Counted from the first letter of the whole stretch, positions 13,758 to 26,479 are shown. The stretch: DNA of 63,905 bases, filler included, from Octopus bimaculoides (GCF_001194135.2; 4 parts of 4 records of this genome joined end to end with filler, not necessarily neighbours in it), one strand, 5' to 3'. Translations and numbers: made by a program. The notes: a model not told the origin generated them from the sequence alone.

Positions 13758-15004
13758 CGAGGATCGGCTGAAAAGTTCATAGGCTGACCTAGACACTCTC
13801 ATGAAATGGGACCAAATGAGGTTTATTTTTCGACATAGTCCCCCTTGCGGTTCACTCACTTCTTCCATTGGCATTGCAGTGCTTGGACTTCATTGGTGAA
13901 GAAGCTTTCATCCTGTCGGTCAATAAAGTCAACAGCATATATGACGTCATCATCACTGCGATAATGGTTCCCAGCTAGGTGTTCTTTTCATGTTAGAAAA
14001 TAGATTATAGTCAGATGGGGGGGGGAAATCAGGAGAGTAGGGAGGGATATCAACTAGTTCAAAGCCACAGTCACACATAACAGCCATTAAAACCAAGGAC
14101 TAGTGTGTTGAAGTATTGTCCGCATGAAACAAAACCCCTTTCCCGGGACTTTAACCTTGATAGCCTTTCGTAACTACCTCACCAAACTGACATAGTATCC
14201 TCTGCCGTTTTGAAGATAGTCAATAAAACAATACTTTTTACATTCCCAAAAACTAAAGTCATTACCTTCCCTGCAGATAGCATGACCTTGGCCTTTTTGG
14301 AGCAGGTGAGGAGTGTTTCTACTATGTAGATTGTCTCTTTGTCTCTGGCTCAAAGTGACGAAGCCAACATTCATCTTGGCATAGGAAACGTTCAAGGAAA
14401 CCAACAACTGGATTTCTCTCAAACAACGTCAGGTTTCCTTGTAGTGTGATCAATTTGGTGCGCTTTTGATCATGTGTCAGAAGATATGGCACCCACCGAG
14501 TCGAAACGTTCGTCATGCCAAGTTCATCATGCAGAATATTCTCAACTCTTTTACGAGATATGCTAATAGCATTGGCTATTTGAATTATATTCAATCACCT
14601 GTCATCCATCACCATGTGGTCAACAAAATCAATGTTTTCCTACAGACACTGGGTGATCTTCAAGACACACCCTTCTCTTCCTACATTCATCTGCCCACTT
14701 CTGCACTATTGATAAAGCTGGAACGTCATCCCCCAATGTTGCAACCATGTCAGCATGAATGTCCTTGGGGACTAAACCCTTTTTTCTGCAGGTGCTTGAT
14801 AACGCCACAATGTGATATTTTGTCTGTTTTCAAAAGAAGTCGCTATCAGTTACTTTTGAAGTCTTCTTTGAACAGAAAAATGTCAGTTTACCTGGAAAGA
14901 AACAATGCAGCTATTAATAAGTAGATTTTGAAGTTAATGCATACAAATTTCACAGCTCTTACGTTACTCCATAATCAGCCTATGAACTTTTCATCCCACC
15001 CTCG
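13758..15004 (-). mobile_element. Mariner (DD34D-type) DNA transposon, near full length, decayed transposase
   Basis: 30-bp TIRs CGAGGATCGGCTGAAAAGTTCATAGGCTGA (3 mismatches between ends) and TA target duplication. Minus-strand remnants include WVPYLLT..QKRT, DECWLRHFEPETKRQS and a PYSPD-like motif. Start codon lost, with frameshifts. Confidence 0.9.
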
Positions 15005-16506
15005 TAACTTCATTGGGAAATCAATGAATATTATATTTTCACATTTACTTTACCCAAACAATTTAGAACATTTGTTATTATACTGAAGTGGCTAATTCCA
15101 TCGGGTTGGATACAAGCTTCCTATCGGTCGATTCTGCCATTTGGTTTCGAATCCCAGTAAAAGCCATTCCTCTCAATTTCACTTACGTCACGAAAGCAAT
15201 TAAGAAAATCACAAACGCGACAATATGCAATTTTAACTGCTTCTGCTATAAATCTGATGCTTTGTGCTTGAAGAGAAAAAGTAGCGATCAATGCCGGTTT
15301 AATAGGAAACAGAACGAAAAACTTGTCTATTTAGTTTGACTTTTCACTACCTGGGTTTAAATTCTGATTTTACACGTTATCTTCTCACATGGTAAAAAAA
15401 TAAATACCAGTAATATACAAAATGTTGAATCGATAAATCATAACTCTTCCTCAAAATGTTTTTGTCTAAATTCAAGGTTCTGCTTTTCATTCTTTCGAGT
15501 TTGATTTAGTTAGCTGTATTCTTGTAGCACACTGTATCACAAAAGTACTACCTCATCAACCACCGTGCTAGGCTCTAGGTATATGCGTAGATGTTTATTA
15601 ACCACGATTAAGTATTTCATTTGATTGAATAACTGAGTAGTCATCAGCTAAACCGACGGTAATTCTGCTTTTCCTTCATAAGGATTAACAATCAATACAA
15701 GCTTACAATTTCGTGTATTTTACGGTCCAAAAGGCATGTAATAATATTCTTATTTGTTTTCTTCCTTTATCTCATTCACAGTTTTACTTCGGAATATTTG
15801 ATGTTCAACAGGTGGAGGATTTGCGAAGTCGTAGAGCAATGGAAATAAAAACACCTTGCCTCGTTTATTCCCTCTCTACACATCCTGACTTCGAATACTG
15901 AAGTTAGGATCGATACAAAAGTATAGTCAAATACTATGGTTGATACGGTTGATTTTACTCGTCTTCCCATTTTGAGGCCTTATGCCAATGTTACAGAACC
16001 GTTAGCACGCCGTGTAAGATGCTTAGCAGCATGTCGTCCATCTTTATTTACAGTCTCAGTTCAAGTTCTGCCGAGGTCGACTTGCCTTTCAGCCTTTCGG
16101 AGTCGATCAAATAAGTACCAGTTGAACAGTGGGGTCGATGTAATCGGCTTACTCACTCCCCAAAATTGCTGGCCTTGTGCCAACATTTGAAACCATATTA
16201 GAGGATTAGCAAAAACAGTAATTAGTTAAGCCCATTTATATTATGCAATCAGATTCCGCAGAAAATAACTATGCTTTTCGCTCCACTGAAAGTAACTAGT
16301 TATAAAATGCTAACAATGTATTATCACATAGCTAATCAAGCTGCAACATGTGGCTAAAAATGATATCTTTGTGCCATATATAAAATCAACATTTCATACT
16401 ATAATCTTCATTTTGTTTCTTTATTTTTTTTACTTCTTTCTTTTGTTTCTCTCTTCGTTATTTTTTTAATTATTCAATTATTGTTTTCTTTTCCTTTTAT
16501 TTCTAG

Positions 16507-16750
16507 TGTGAAGGCAGTACTTGCAAAACATGAAAGTGCATTGCTCATGTTACTTGGCTTCGGTGGATTCTCTGTTATCTTAGCAATCTTATATAATGCC
16601 GTACGAAAATATATCTACCACGATGAACACAACTTGGACACAACTTTTGATGCCGGTGGCAATGTAAGTCTTAGTTTAACTGCTGTTACCGTGGCATCGC
16701 AGTTATTTTGGCCTGGAGACATCTTACAGAGTGCAACACTTGCTACAAAG
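16507..16750 (+). CDS. Internal coding exon of a DUR3-like urea/sodium:solute symporter (SLC5/SSS family), N-terminal TM region
   Basis: Acceptor ttttccttttatttctag| before 16507 and donor AAG|gtaagt after 16750. The 244 nt read 1+81 codons without stops: VKAVLAKHESALLMLLGFGGFSVILAILYNAVRKYIYHDEHNLDTTFDAGGNVSLSLTAVTVASQLFWPGDILQSATLATK. The F-D-AG-x-V-x-x-x-L-x-A-x-x-V-x-SQ-x-x-W-x-x-x-x-LQS pattern matches DUR3-type transporters from memory. Flanking exons not found. Confidence 0.8.
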
Positions 16751-17004
16751 GTAAGTAAAGTGCATATTAAAAATGCATAAATTCTATAATGGACATTGAA
16801 TTATTTGAATTGCCAGTTGGAGGACAGAAATTTACAACGGTACTGTAATGTTTCTCTATTCAAGTCACTTAATTCCAATGGCCAGCTCGATTTGCTGTAC
16901 TTAGTTACCTCAAAATATGCATTGACCACAACAATTTCCGACGCTTTCATGATTCTGCCAATTGGCGGCCTATTTTGTCATTAATCATGCGTCTAACTTC
17001 CGTT

Positions 17005-17027
17005 GTATACATATATACATACATACA

Positions 17028-17121
<94 letters not shown>

Positions 17122-17140
17122 TACATACACACACACATAC
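17005..17140. repeat. (CA)n microsatellite; other large tracts: (TTA)n 305-367, 3135-3207, 23426-23520; (TA)n 4028-4091; (CA)n 32122-32214; (CT)n 17904-18094; (AAT)n 57013-57055
   Basis: Direct reading. Confidence 0.97.
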
Positions 17141-17374
17141 GCAGATATATATGTATAGGCGCTGGAGTGGCTGTGTGGTAAGTAGCTTGCTTACCAACCA
17201 CATGGTTCCGGGTTCAATCTCATTGCGTGGCACCTTGGGCGTCTTCTACTATAGCCACGGGCCGACCAAACCCTTGTGAGTGGATTTGGTATATATTTTC
17301 GACGGGTTTCTTTCAGTTTCCGTCTACCAGATCCAGTAGCTTTCGTCAACCGAATACACTTCGTTGATTGATTT

Positions 17375-17520
17375 AAATTACCCAAATACGACGACTTTAA
17401 CACGAAATAACTTCTCAAATACGAAATTTCGTCAAAAACGTTCAGAGTAAACCGTGTTCTACGTGAGAAATTCTACCAGTATTCGAAGTTTCAAACTTTA
17501 GTTAAGAAAAATTAATTTTA
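17375..17520. mobile_element. Partial diverged relative of the 31310-31726 MITE
   Basis: Shares AAATACGACxACTTTAACAxGxAATAACTT and ATTCTACCAGTxTTCxAAGTTTCAAA with the right half of the 31.3 kb MITE. Confidence 0.55.
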
Positions 17521-17901
17521 AAAATCTGTGATTGAGATGGAATACATGCGCTTCAGATGAAAATTGAAGTGTTGTACATCGGTTTAGCACTTTTCAAGTG
17601 TAGTAAGCCCCACATACGAGCGTTTTTTCAAAAATATTTCTTACTGAAAGTATCATACATGCATGGAATTACGATTTTATGCACCCAACAAAGTATTATT
17701 GTTAAGCTGAAACTGTTGATAATGTAAAAAGAAATGGAATGGTGAAACTATTTTTTCGATTTCTGAAAAAGCAATGTTTTGGACTTACGACACTTTTGTA
17801 TAATAGCAACTATATGTTTCTCTCAAGAGAATTAACGACATAAATGAAGTGAGCTGATTTCTGCTGATAACGGCATCCATTCACTTGTTTCCTTGTTTGT
17901 T

Positions 17902-17950
<49 letters not shown>

Positions 17951-18050
17951 NNNNNNNNNNNNNNNNNNNNNNNNNNNNNNNNNNNNNNNNNNNNNNNNNN
18001 NNNNNNNNNNNNNNNNNNNNNNNNNNNNNNNNNNNNNNNNNNNNNNNNNN

Positions 18051-18098
<48 letters not shown>

Positions 18099-18746
18099 AG
18101 ATTTATGTGGATTGGAATTAGCGACAGTTACCGAAAGTAGATCAAAACTTTCTTTTCCAGAAACACCACTCTTAGAAAGAAATTAATAGCAATATGTAGT
18201 TAATATTTTTTCCAGCATCCATAACTCTTGCTTTCTGGTTGTTATATGCTCTATGCTATGGCTTGGACTCCGTCATGTTTATCTGTCTTATAAGTATTAA
18301 AGGTCCGAATAAATTAGTGGTCGGAGACGTAAATTTCAAAAGGATAACAATGGTAGGAGAATAGAACTGAAATTTATGTATGAAAATGATTTTCACAAGT
18401 ATTTTAGAGTAACAGGGAAATTACTGTGGCCAGCACTGAAGTAAACTTTAATAAGTACATATTATCGAGTACAGCAACGATTAATTTTATATATTGGTTA
18501 AAAATTTATGAGCGTTGGGACTCAGAATAGTTTTCTGATTATGCTTTTCGTATAGGTCATTGAATGAATTGCCAAAGAGAACTATTCCTCTGTTATTAAA
18601 ATATTAAGCATAAATTTGCAAATTATGATAACGGAATTTTGAGCTTGAAAATAGTTGGTGATACGAGATACTTTGCTAAAATATTCATTATGAGATAATG
18701 AAAAAAGTCATGAAACGAATATTTTCTTCATTATACCCTGTTACTA

Positions 18747-19165
18747 AGGCGGCGAGCTCGCAAAAACTTTAGCACACCGGGCGAAATGCTTAGCGGTATT
18801 TCGTCCGTCTTTACGTTCTGAGTTCAAATTCTACCGAGGTCAACTTTGCCTTTCATCCTTTCGGGATCGATAAATTAAGTACCAGTTACGCACTGGGGTC
18901 GATGTAATCAATTTAATCTCTTTGTCTGTCCTTGTTTGTCCCCTTTATGTTTAGCCCCATGTGAGCAATAAGCAAATAAGAAATGTTAGCACGCTGGGCG
19001 AAATGCTTAGCGGTATTTCGTTTGTCTTTATGTTCTGAGTTCAAATTCCACCGAGGTCGACTTTGCCTTTCATCCTTTCGGGGTCGATAAATTAAGTACT
19101 AGGGTCGATCTAATCGACTGGCCCCCTCCCCCAAAATTTCAGGCCTTGTGCCTAGAGTAGAAAAG
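18747..19165 (+). mobile_element. Head-to-tail SINE A dimer inside one target-site duplication
   Basis: TSD ATTATACCCTGTT(A/G)CTA at 18730-18746 and 19166-19182. First unit to about 18980, second unit lacks its first about 20 nt. Confidence 0.8.
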
Positions 19166-20718
19166 ATTATACCCTGTTGCTATTTCAGTCGTTGGACTGC
19201 GACCATACTGGAGCAACGCCTTGTAGGGNNNNNNNNNNNNNNNNNNNNNNNNNNNNNNNNNNNNNNNNNNNNNNNNNNNNNNNNNNNNNNNNNNNNNNNN
19301 NNNNNNNNNNNNNNNNNNNNNNNNNNNNNNNNNNNNNNNNNNNNNNNNNNNNNNNNNNNNNNNNNNNNNNNNNNNNNNNNNNNNNNNNNNNNNNNNNNNN
19401 NNNNNNNNNNNNNNNNNNNNNNNNNNNNNNNNNNNNNNNNNNNNNNNNNNNNNNNNNNNNNNNNNNNNNNNNNNNNNNNNNNNNNNNNNNNNNNNNNNNN
19501 NNNNNNNNNNNNNNNNNNNNNNNNNNNNNNNNNNNNNNNNNNNNNNNNNNNNNNNNNNNNNNNNNNNNNNNNNNNNNNNNNNNNNNNNNNNNNNNNNNNN
19601 NNNNNNNNNNNNNNNNNNNNNNNNNNNNNNNNNNNNNNNNNNNNNNNNNNNNNNNNNNNNNNNNNNNNNNNNNNNNNNNNNNNNNNNNNNNNNNNNNNNN
19701 NNNNNNNNNNNNNNNNNNNNNNNNNNNNNNNNNNNNNNNNNNNNNNNNNNNNNNNNNNNNNNNNNNNNNNNNNNNNNNNNNNNNNNNNNNNNNNNNNNNN
19801 NNNNNNNNNNNNNNNNNNNNNNNNNNNNNNNNNNNNNNNNNNNNNNNNNNNNNNNNNNNNNNNNNNNNNNNNNNNNNNNNNNNNNNNNNNNNNNNNNNNN
19901 NNNNNNNNNNNNNNNNNNNNNNNNNNNNNNNNNNNNNNNNNNNNNNNNNNNNNNNNNNNNNNNNNNNNNNNNNNNNNNNNNNNNNNNNNNNNNNNNNNNN
20001 NNNNNNNNNNNNNNNNCCTCTCTCTCTCTCTGTCTCTCTTTATACCTCTCTCTCTCTCTCTCTCTCTCTCTTTATACCTCTCTCTCTCTCTCTCTCTGTA
20101 TACCTCTCTCGCTCTCTCTGTATCCCTCTCTCGCTCTCTCTGTATCCCTCTCTCTCTCTCTCTCTGTATCCCTCTCTCGCTCTCTCTCCTTCATGCCCTC
20201 TTCCTCTTTCACTCTCACCCTCCTTTTCTCTCTCTGTTCTGATCTATTCCCTCTCTATTTTTTCTTCTGCCCAATGTTACTATGCGATCAGTGTTGAGTA
20301 CCTGCGGGTGTAAATGTTTGTAAATATGCACACACACTGCATGGATGCATCTATTTGCCTATGCAAGAAAGTGTATACATTGTGATAAGTTAATTCTTAG
20401 TGACTATACACGCATGCATACGTCCGTCTATAGAAATGTGTACAAAGTTGTATCTTGAGTATTTAAAAGTAAGCAGAAAGTTAAGTCAGGCCCCAAATGA
20501 GAACGAATATAGTCAGTTGGATACTGAAAATGTAAACACGATTGCATCTCTTGGTGGGAGATATATTCATGTTAAGTCAATACGTTATATCCTTTCTGAA
20601 TGTATATGAATATGTTAATATGTGAAGACTTGTGTGCATAATTAGATATTACCATTTACACGTACACACATACACACGCGCAAAAGCACACATATGTATA
20701 TACTATATATTTCACATG

Positions 20719-20749
<31 letters not shown>

Positions 20750-21258
20750 TATANNNNNNNNNNNNNNNNNNNNNNNNNNNNNNNNNNNNNNNNNNNNNNN
20801 NNNNNNNNNNNNNNNNNNNNNNNNNNNNNNNNNNNNNNNNNNNNNNNNNNNNNNNNNNNNNNNNNNNNNNNNNNNNNNNNNNNNNNNNNNNNNNNNNNNN
20901 NNNNNNNNNNNNNNNNNNNNNNNNNNNNNNNNNNNNNNNNNNNNNNNNNNNNNNNNNNNNNNNNNNNNNNNNNNNNNNNNATATATATATATATATATAT
21001 AGTATTTAAAAATATATACATGAAGGTGCATGGACTAGAGGTTAGGGTGTGGTACTTAGGATCACAAGATTGTAGTTTCGATTCTTGGACTAGGCGGTGT
21101 GTTGTGCGACCACTTAGACATTTGACGTGTTGCACCCAGTGCACCTGTACAGTCACTGATTTAATTAAGAAGTGAACGAATGAACAGTATAAACATTTGC
21201 TCCCTATAAATAAGTCATCCATAAGAAATTGCGAAACTCTCATCTGTCATATATAACA

Positions 21259-21318
21259 AGAGATTCCATCGTATAGATTCTATACGATGGAATCTCTATA
21301 GAATATACAATATTCTAT
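21259..21318. repeat. Two adjacent perfect hairpins (39-bp palindrome plus 9-bp stem)
   Basis: AGAGATTCCATCGTATAGA-T-TCTATACGATGGAATCTCT, followed by ATAGAATAT-ACA-ATATTCTAT. Confidence 0.85.
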
Positions 21319-22523
21319 ACTATAAAATATACAATATATCTGTAAGTGTGTATATAAAGGATAAGAAAAGCAAATGTATATATTCTTTTTATACCTTTTT
21401 TCTTTATTGATTTCACTCTCTGAACTGCGATCATGCTGGGGCACCACCTTCAAAAGTTTAATCCTTATTTCTTCAGTCCGGCACTTATTTTATCATGCGC
21501 TTTTGTCAAACCTTTATGTAACGTGAGGTAAACACACACGACAGCTGTTGTCAAGTAGTGAGTGCGAACACAAACTCCATACATACGGATATGATCTCTC
21601 CTCTCTCGCTCTCATTCTCTCCCCTCTCTCTCCCACTCTCTTTCGTTCTTCCTTGCACACACATACATACATGCAAATACGTATATACATAATTATATTG
21701 ATAGATATACAATATATATGACATAAAGTAGAAAAACAATATTTTTGATAACTACATTTAAAATTTCTACAGCTGTTTCTCGAATGATCAATTTATTTGA
21801 CCACATAATTATTAATAATCTTTCAAATTCTGACACGATTTTAAGAGGAAGGGTCGGTCTATTAGATCGGCTCCAATGCTCAAGTGAATGCTTAAAGAAT
21901 GAAAGGAAAAGTCGATCTCGCTTGAATTTGAAATCAAAACGTAAAACCAGAAGAAATACCGTTAATCATTTTACCGGACGCGCTAACGATTGCCAGCATG
22001 TCAACTTCATGTAATTTTTAATAATAAAAACAAGTTATAAATATAATTATCGATAAATTATAGTGGTCATTAAAGAACATAATTGTTGATAATTAACAGT
22101 CATTACTATAATCACAAAATTTGAAAAACAATAAAAGATAGTTTTGATTATTTGCGCCATCTCGTCGGGAATATTTTTAGATTATATGATCTTTTCTTTT
22201 ATTTCATTCTTATATGTATGCGAGTGTGTCACATACAGAACAAATACACGTAGACAATGCTGGTACTAATAATACTATAATCCTTTCAACTGAAGGCAGG
22301 TCTGAAATTTTGAGGAAGAGAGCTAGTTGATTACATCGATCCCATGCTCAACTCCTTTTTATTTTACATTCTTCGAAAGGATGAATGGCAAAGTCAACCC
22401 CAGTGGAATTTGAACTCAAAATGTAAAGCCGGGAAAAATGGTGCTAAGCATTTCCTTTTCGACGCGATAACTATTCTGCCGGCTTACCACCATACTACTG
22501 ATATATATATATATATATATATA

Positions 22524-22623
22524 NNNNNNNNNNNNNNNNNNNNNNNNNNNNNNNNNNNNNNNNNNNNTTAATTAATTAANNNNNNNNNNNNNNNNNNNNN
22601 NNNNNNNNNNNNNNNNNNNNNNN
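22524..22623. other. Artificial 100-bp scaffold linker N44-TTAATTAATTAA-N44 (also 32537-32636 and 59179-59278)
   Basis: Identical geometry at three sites. TTAATTAATTAA gives stop codons in all six frames, a known pseudomolecule spacer design. Confidence 0.93.
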
Positions 22624-23124
22624 TATATATATATATATATATTTGTGTATCTGTCTGTGTTTGTTCTCCCACCATCGTATGAAAACCGTTGCTGGTGTGT
22701 TTACGTCCCCGTGAAGTAGCAGTTCGGTAAAAGAAACCGATAGAATAAGTACTAGGCTTACAAAGAATAATTCCCGGGAGTCGGTCTGCTAGATTAAATG
22801 TGGTGCTCCAGTATGGCCGCAGTCAGTTGGCTGAAACAAGTAAAAGGATAAAAGAATAAAAGAATGTCTATACTTCTAACCGGTTAAAACATACGTCATC
22901 ATGACTTAAAAATACAATCTATATACATACATATATTGAATAGATTATGTTCAATATGTTTTTAGTTGAAAGTTTAACGATGCATTTCCTAGTCTGAAAT
23001 GAACTGCAATATGATATACAATGCTACTAAATCTCCCGACTTATCCTTTCAAATGGATAAAACGCTCGAAATATGAATAGCGTTCCTCACTTCATAAATA
23101 CTTTCTCCTATATCAGATAGTATG

Positions 23125-23317
23125 AAGACACGTGGCTTAGTAGTTAGGGAATTCGGCTCATGATCGTAAGGTCGTGAGTTCAATTCCCGGTGTCACGTTG
23201 TGTACTTGAGAAAGACACTTTATTTCGTGTTGCTCCAGTCCACTCAGCTGGCAAAAATGCGTAGTGTCTGTATTTCAAAGGGCCAGCCTTGTTACACTCT
23301 GTGTCACGCTGAATCTC
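23125..23317 (+). mobile_element. SINE with tRNA head, CORE/Meta-like central domain and family-B tail
   Basis: GTGGCTTAGTAGTTAGGG...GAGTTCAATTCCC; TTGAGAAAGACACTTTATTTC..GCTCCAGTCCACTCAGCTGG; then GTATTTCAAAGGGCCAGCC as in family B. A family-B tail piece also lies at 24788-24873. Confidence 0.65.
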
Positions 23318-23424
23318 NNNNNNNNNNCTATAGTATTTTTTCTTTATTTTCTCTTTCATTTGTGTGTGTTGTATCCTGTCTAGTTCATTGATTCTTAAAC
23401 ATTTGTATGGCTGGCTTTGGTCTA

Positions 23425-23492
<68 letters not shown>

Positions 23493-25514
23493 CATCATCA
23501 TCAACATTATTATTATTATTATTGAGTTTTGACACAGATTGCTCTGAGAAATTCGAAATCTTCCAAAGCGAAGCTTTAAAAAAATAGGAGATAGAAAATG
23601 AAGTCTCTTGAATAATTTTTTTCTTTTTTTTGCTGTTAGAAATCCGTCTGGAATACATTGGACAATTCCCCAAACTAGAGAAGACATAAGGTTTGTCATT
23701 TTGGACATTTTTAAGCAGAGTTTTATTTTTCAAAATTCAGAATCGTAATAACTTCCCACTAGAAAACAACACACTCCAAAAAGAAATGAATGCAGTGACA
23801 CTGAGAATTGATATACAAAGATGAAAATAAATTTAATTCCACAAAACAACCAGTACATTCAACAGAAAAAGAAGTGCCAAACATTTTGACAGCTAGAAAC
23901 ATTAATTCCAACATCACCAACGCTATATTTCATGACATTATGTGCAACAGTGGATGTATGGCTAAGATGATCGCTCCGCAACCCTCTGGGTCTGGGTTCA
24001 GTCTCACTGCATGTTCACTTGGGCAAGTGTCCTTTTTTCTATAGTACCGGATACCGACCAATACCAGGTACAGTTCCACTGCCTGGCACCTTGAGCAAGT
24101 GTCTTCCACTATAGCCTCGGGTCGACCAAAGCCTTGTGAGTGGATTTCGTAGACGGAAACTGAAAGAAACCCGTCGTATATNNNNNNNNNNNNNNNNNNN
24201 NNNNNNNNNNNNNNNNNNNNNNNNNNNNNNNNNNNNNNNNNNNNNNNNNNNNNNNNNNNNNNNNNNNNNNNNNNNNNNNNNNNNNNNNNNNNNNNNNNNN
24301 NNNNNNNNNNNNNNNNNNNNNNNNNNNNNNNNNNNNNNNNNNNNNNNNNNNNNNNNNNNNNNNNNNNNNNNNNNNNNNNNNNNNNNNNNNNNNNNNNNNN
24401 NNNNNNNNNNNNNNNNNNNNNNNNNNNNNNNNNNNNNNNNNNNNNNNNNNNNNNNNNNNNNNNNNNNNNNNNNNNNNNNNNNNNNNNNNNNNNNNNNNNN
24501 NNNNNNNNNNNNNNNNNNNNNNNNNNNNNNNNNNNNNNNNNNNNNNNNNNNNNNNNNNNNNNNNNNNNNNNNNNNNNNNNNNNNNNNNNNNNNNNNNNNN
24601 NNNNNNNNNNNNNNNNNNNNNNNNNNNNNNNNNNNNNNNNNNNNNNNNNNNNNNNNNNNNNNNNNNNNNNNNNNNNNNNNNNNNNNNNNNNNNNNNNNNN
24701 NNNNNNNNNNNNNNNNNNNNNNNNNNNNNNNNNNNNNNNNNNNNNNNNNNNNNNNNNNNNNNNNNNNNNNNNNNNNNNNNNNNNNNNGCTCAGCCACTTG
24801 CATGTTAATTTCACGAGCAGGCTGTTCCGTTGATCGTATCAGCTGGGACCCTCGTCGTCGTAACCGACGGAGTGCTCCTTCCTTTAGTCAGATAGTGTTG
24901 GCTAATTGAAACCTGTACAATACTCAGGCTTTAAAATTAACCAAAACAAAATATTCCATTTACGATGTTTGGTTGAATGAATATGCATTTCCTGACAGCC
25001 TTTTCCTTCAAACTTTCCAAAGACTGTGATTTTCATCGAAATTCTAATATTTTATATTTTTCGCAATCCATCTTCATAAATTTCAATATTTCAAACTATC
25101 TTGATTTCCTTTTGTCAATTTTGTTAAACAAAAACGATAACGTGCTCAATTGAATTAAGCGAATGTTTAAGGTTTATGTTTTGAAATAATTAAAACAATT
25201 TTTTTACAGACGAATGAGCATTCCTTCCATTGTATCTGCTACATCGTTAAAACCTGGTATGGGAAGATCAATTCATTATTAACTCAACTGATCTAATATA
25301 ATGGCTATCAATCATTCATTGCAAAGTCTGCAGTCATTTGCGGTAATGCCTTAACTGAAGATATTCAACTAAATCTACTGCATCATCAAATATTTTATGC
25401 TGTACAGGATGTAAAAAGATCTGACTACACACTTTCCTAAATAACTGCATTCACCATTAAGATGTAAAGAAATATAACATCACATCTTGTACATGGCTAA
25501 TATTTTATTTTAAC

Positions 25515-25746
25515 AGGCGGTGAGCTGGTAAAATCGTAAGCACGCCGGGCACAATGCTTAGCAGCGTTTCGTCTGCCGCTACGTTCTGAGATCAAATTCC
25601 ACCGAGGTCGACTTTGCCTTTCATCCTTTCGGGAATGATTAAATAAGTACCTGTCACGCACTGGGGTCAATGTGATCGACTTAATGCCTTTGTATGTCCT
25701 TGTTTGTCTCCTCTATGTGTAGCCCCTTGTGGGCAATAAAGAAATA
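25515..25746 (+). mobile_element. SINE family A with 16-bp TSD
   Basis: AATATTTTATTTTAAC at 25499-25514 and 25747-25762. Confidence 0.9.
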
Positions 25747-26229
25747 AATATTTTATTTTAACGACTCTGGAAAGCTAAACGACTAAGATGACCACAGTGA
25801 GATTTGAATTCAGAATGTAAATGCGTATTACTGAATATCACACTTCATTTCAGCTTACGTTGCGATGATTCTGTTAAACCATCATCGACGGGAAGGCTGT
25901 TCTACTTTGTAATGAGAAAACCCGGTAGTGATAACACTGTTACAAGTAATCGCTGTATATGCTTGAGATTCAGCAAAGTAAAATACAGTATATTTTCATT
26001 GTTCTTTAGTAATGATAAACAAGACTTATTGTCGAATATTGAAGCTGTGAATGTCAGCTTTTACTTAGTGAAAAAGTAGCGTATTGCTCATGACTCAAAT
26101 TAGGCTGTCAGGAGCTGGAAGGAGGTGTCATTAAACTGCAGACCGCGGCAGCGAATGAACTCGGAAATCAGGAACAAACACCGCAAGGCGTTCCGTTCGC
26201 TTCTCTATTTCTCTTCACATTTCTCCACC

Positions 26230-26404
26230 TTAGAAAATTACTATTTCTAAATCTCACAACGTGAGCTATTCAACAACAGTACTTTATAGTAAAGATTGCT
26301 TGTCAACATAACATGGAAGTTCTGGTTTAGGACTAATGTTGCTATAATCTAGCACCAGGAGACATCATCTCCAGCTGGCTATACGACACGATCTGTGTCC
26401 TTAT
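26230..26404 (+). repeat. Dispersed repeat shared with 49206-49461
   Basis: TTAGAAAATTACTATTTxTAAATCTCACAACG...TTTAGGACxAATGTTGCTxTAAT..AGCxCCAGG at both sites. Confidence 0.8.
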
Positions 26405-26479
26405 ATTTTCGAACAAGGGAATCTAGCACCCCCATTCAGCTCAGAACAATAGCTGTGTATCGCGATTTCTGGGTTATTT

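Noticed and set aside
16243-16292. Possible first exon of the transporter (ATGCAATCAG...GAAA|gtaact)
   Set aside because: It ends in phase 1, incompatible with the phase 2 acceptor at 16507.
16481-16780. ORF-track 99-aa protein as a complete CDS
   Set aside because: The TTG start lies in the polypyrimidine tract and the C-terminus runs into the intron. Only 16507-16750 is exon.
22568-22579. TTAATTAATTAA as a PacI-like or homeodomain-binding biological motif
   Set aside because: It is always centred in 44+44 Ns, so it is a synthetic spacer.
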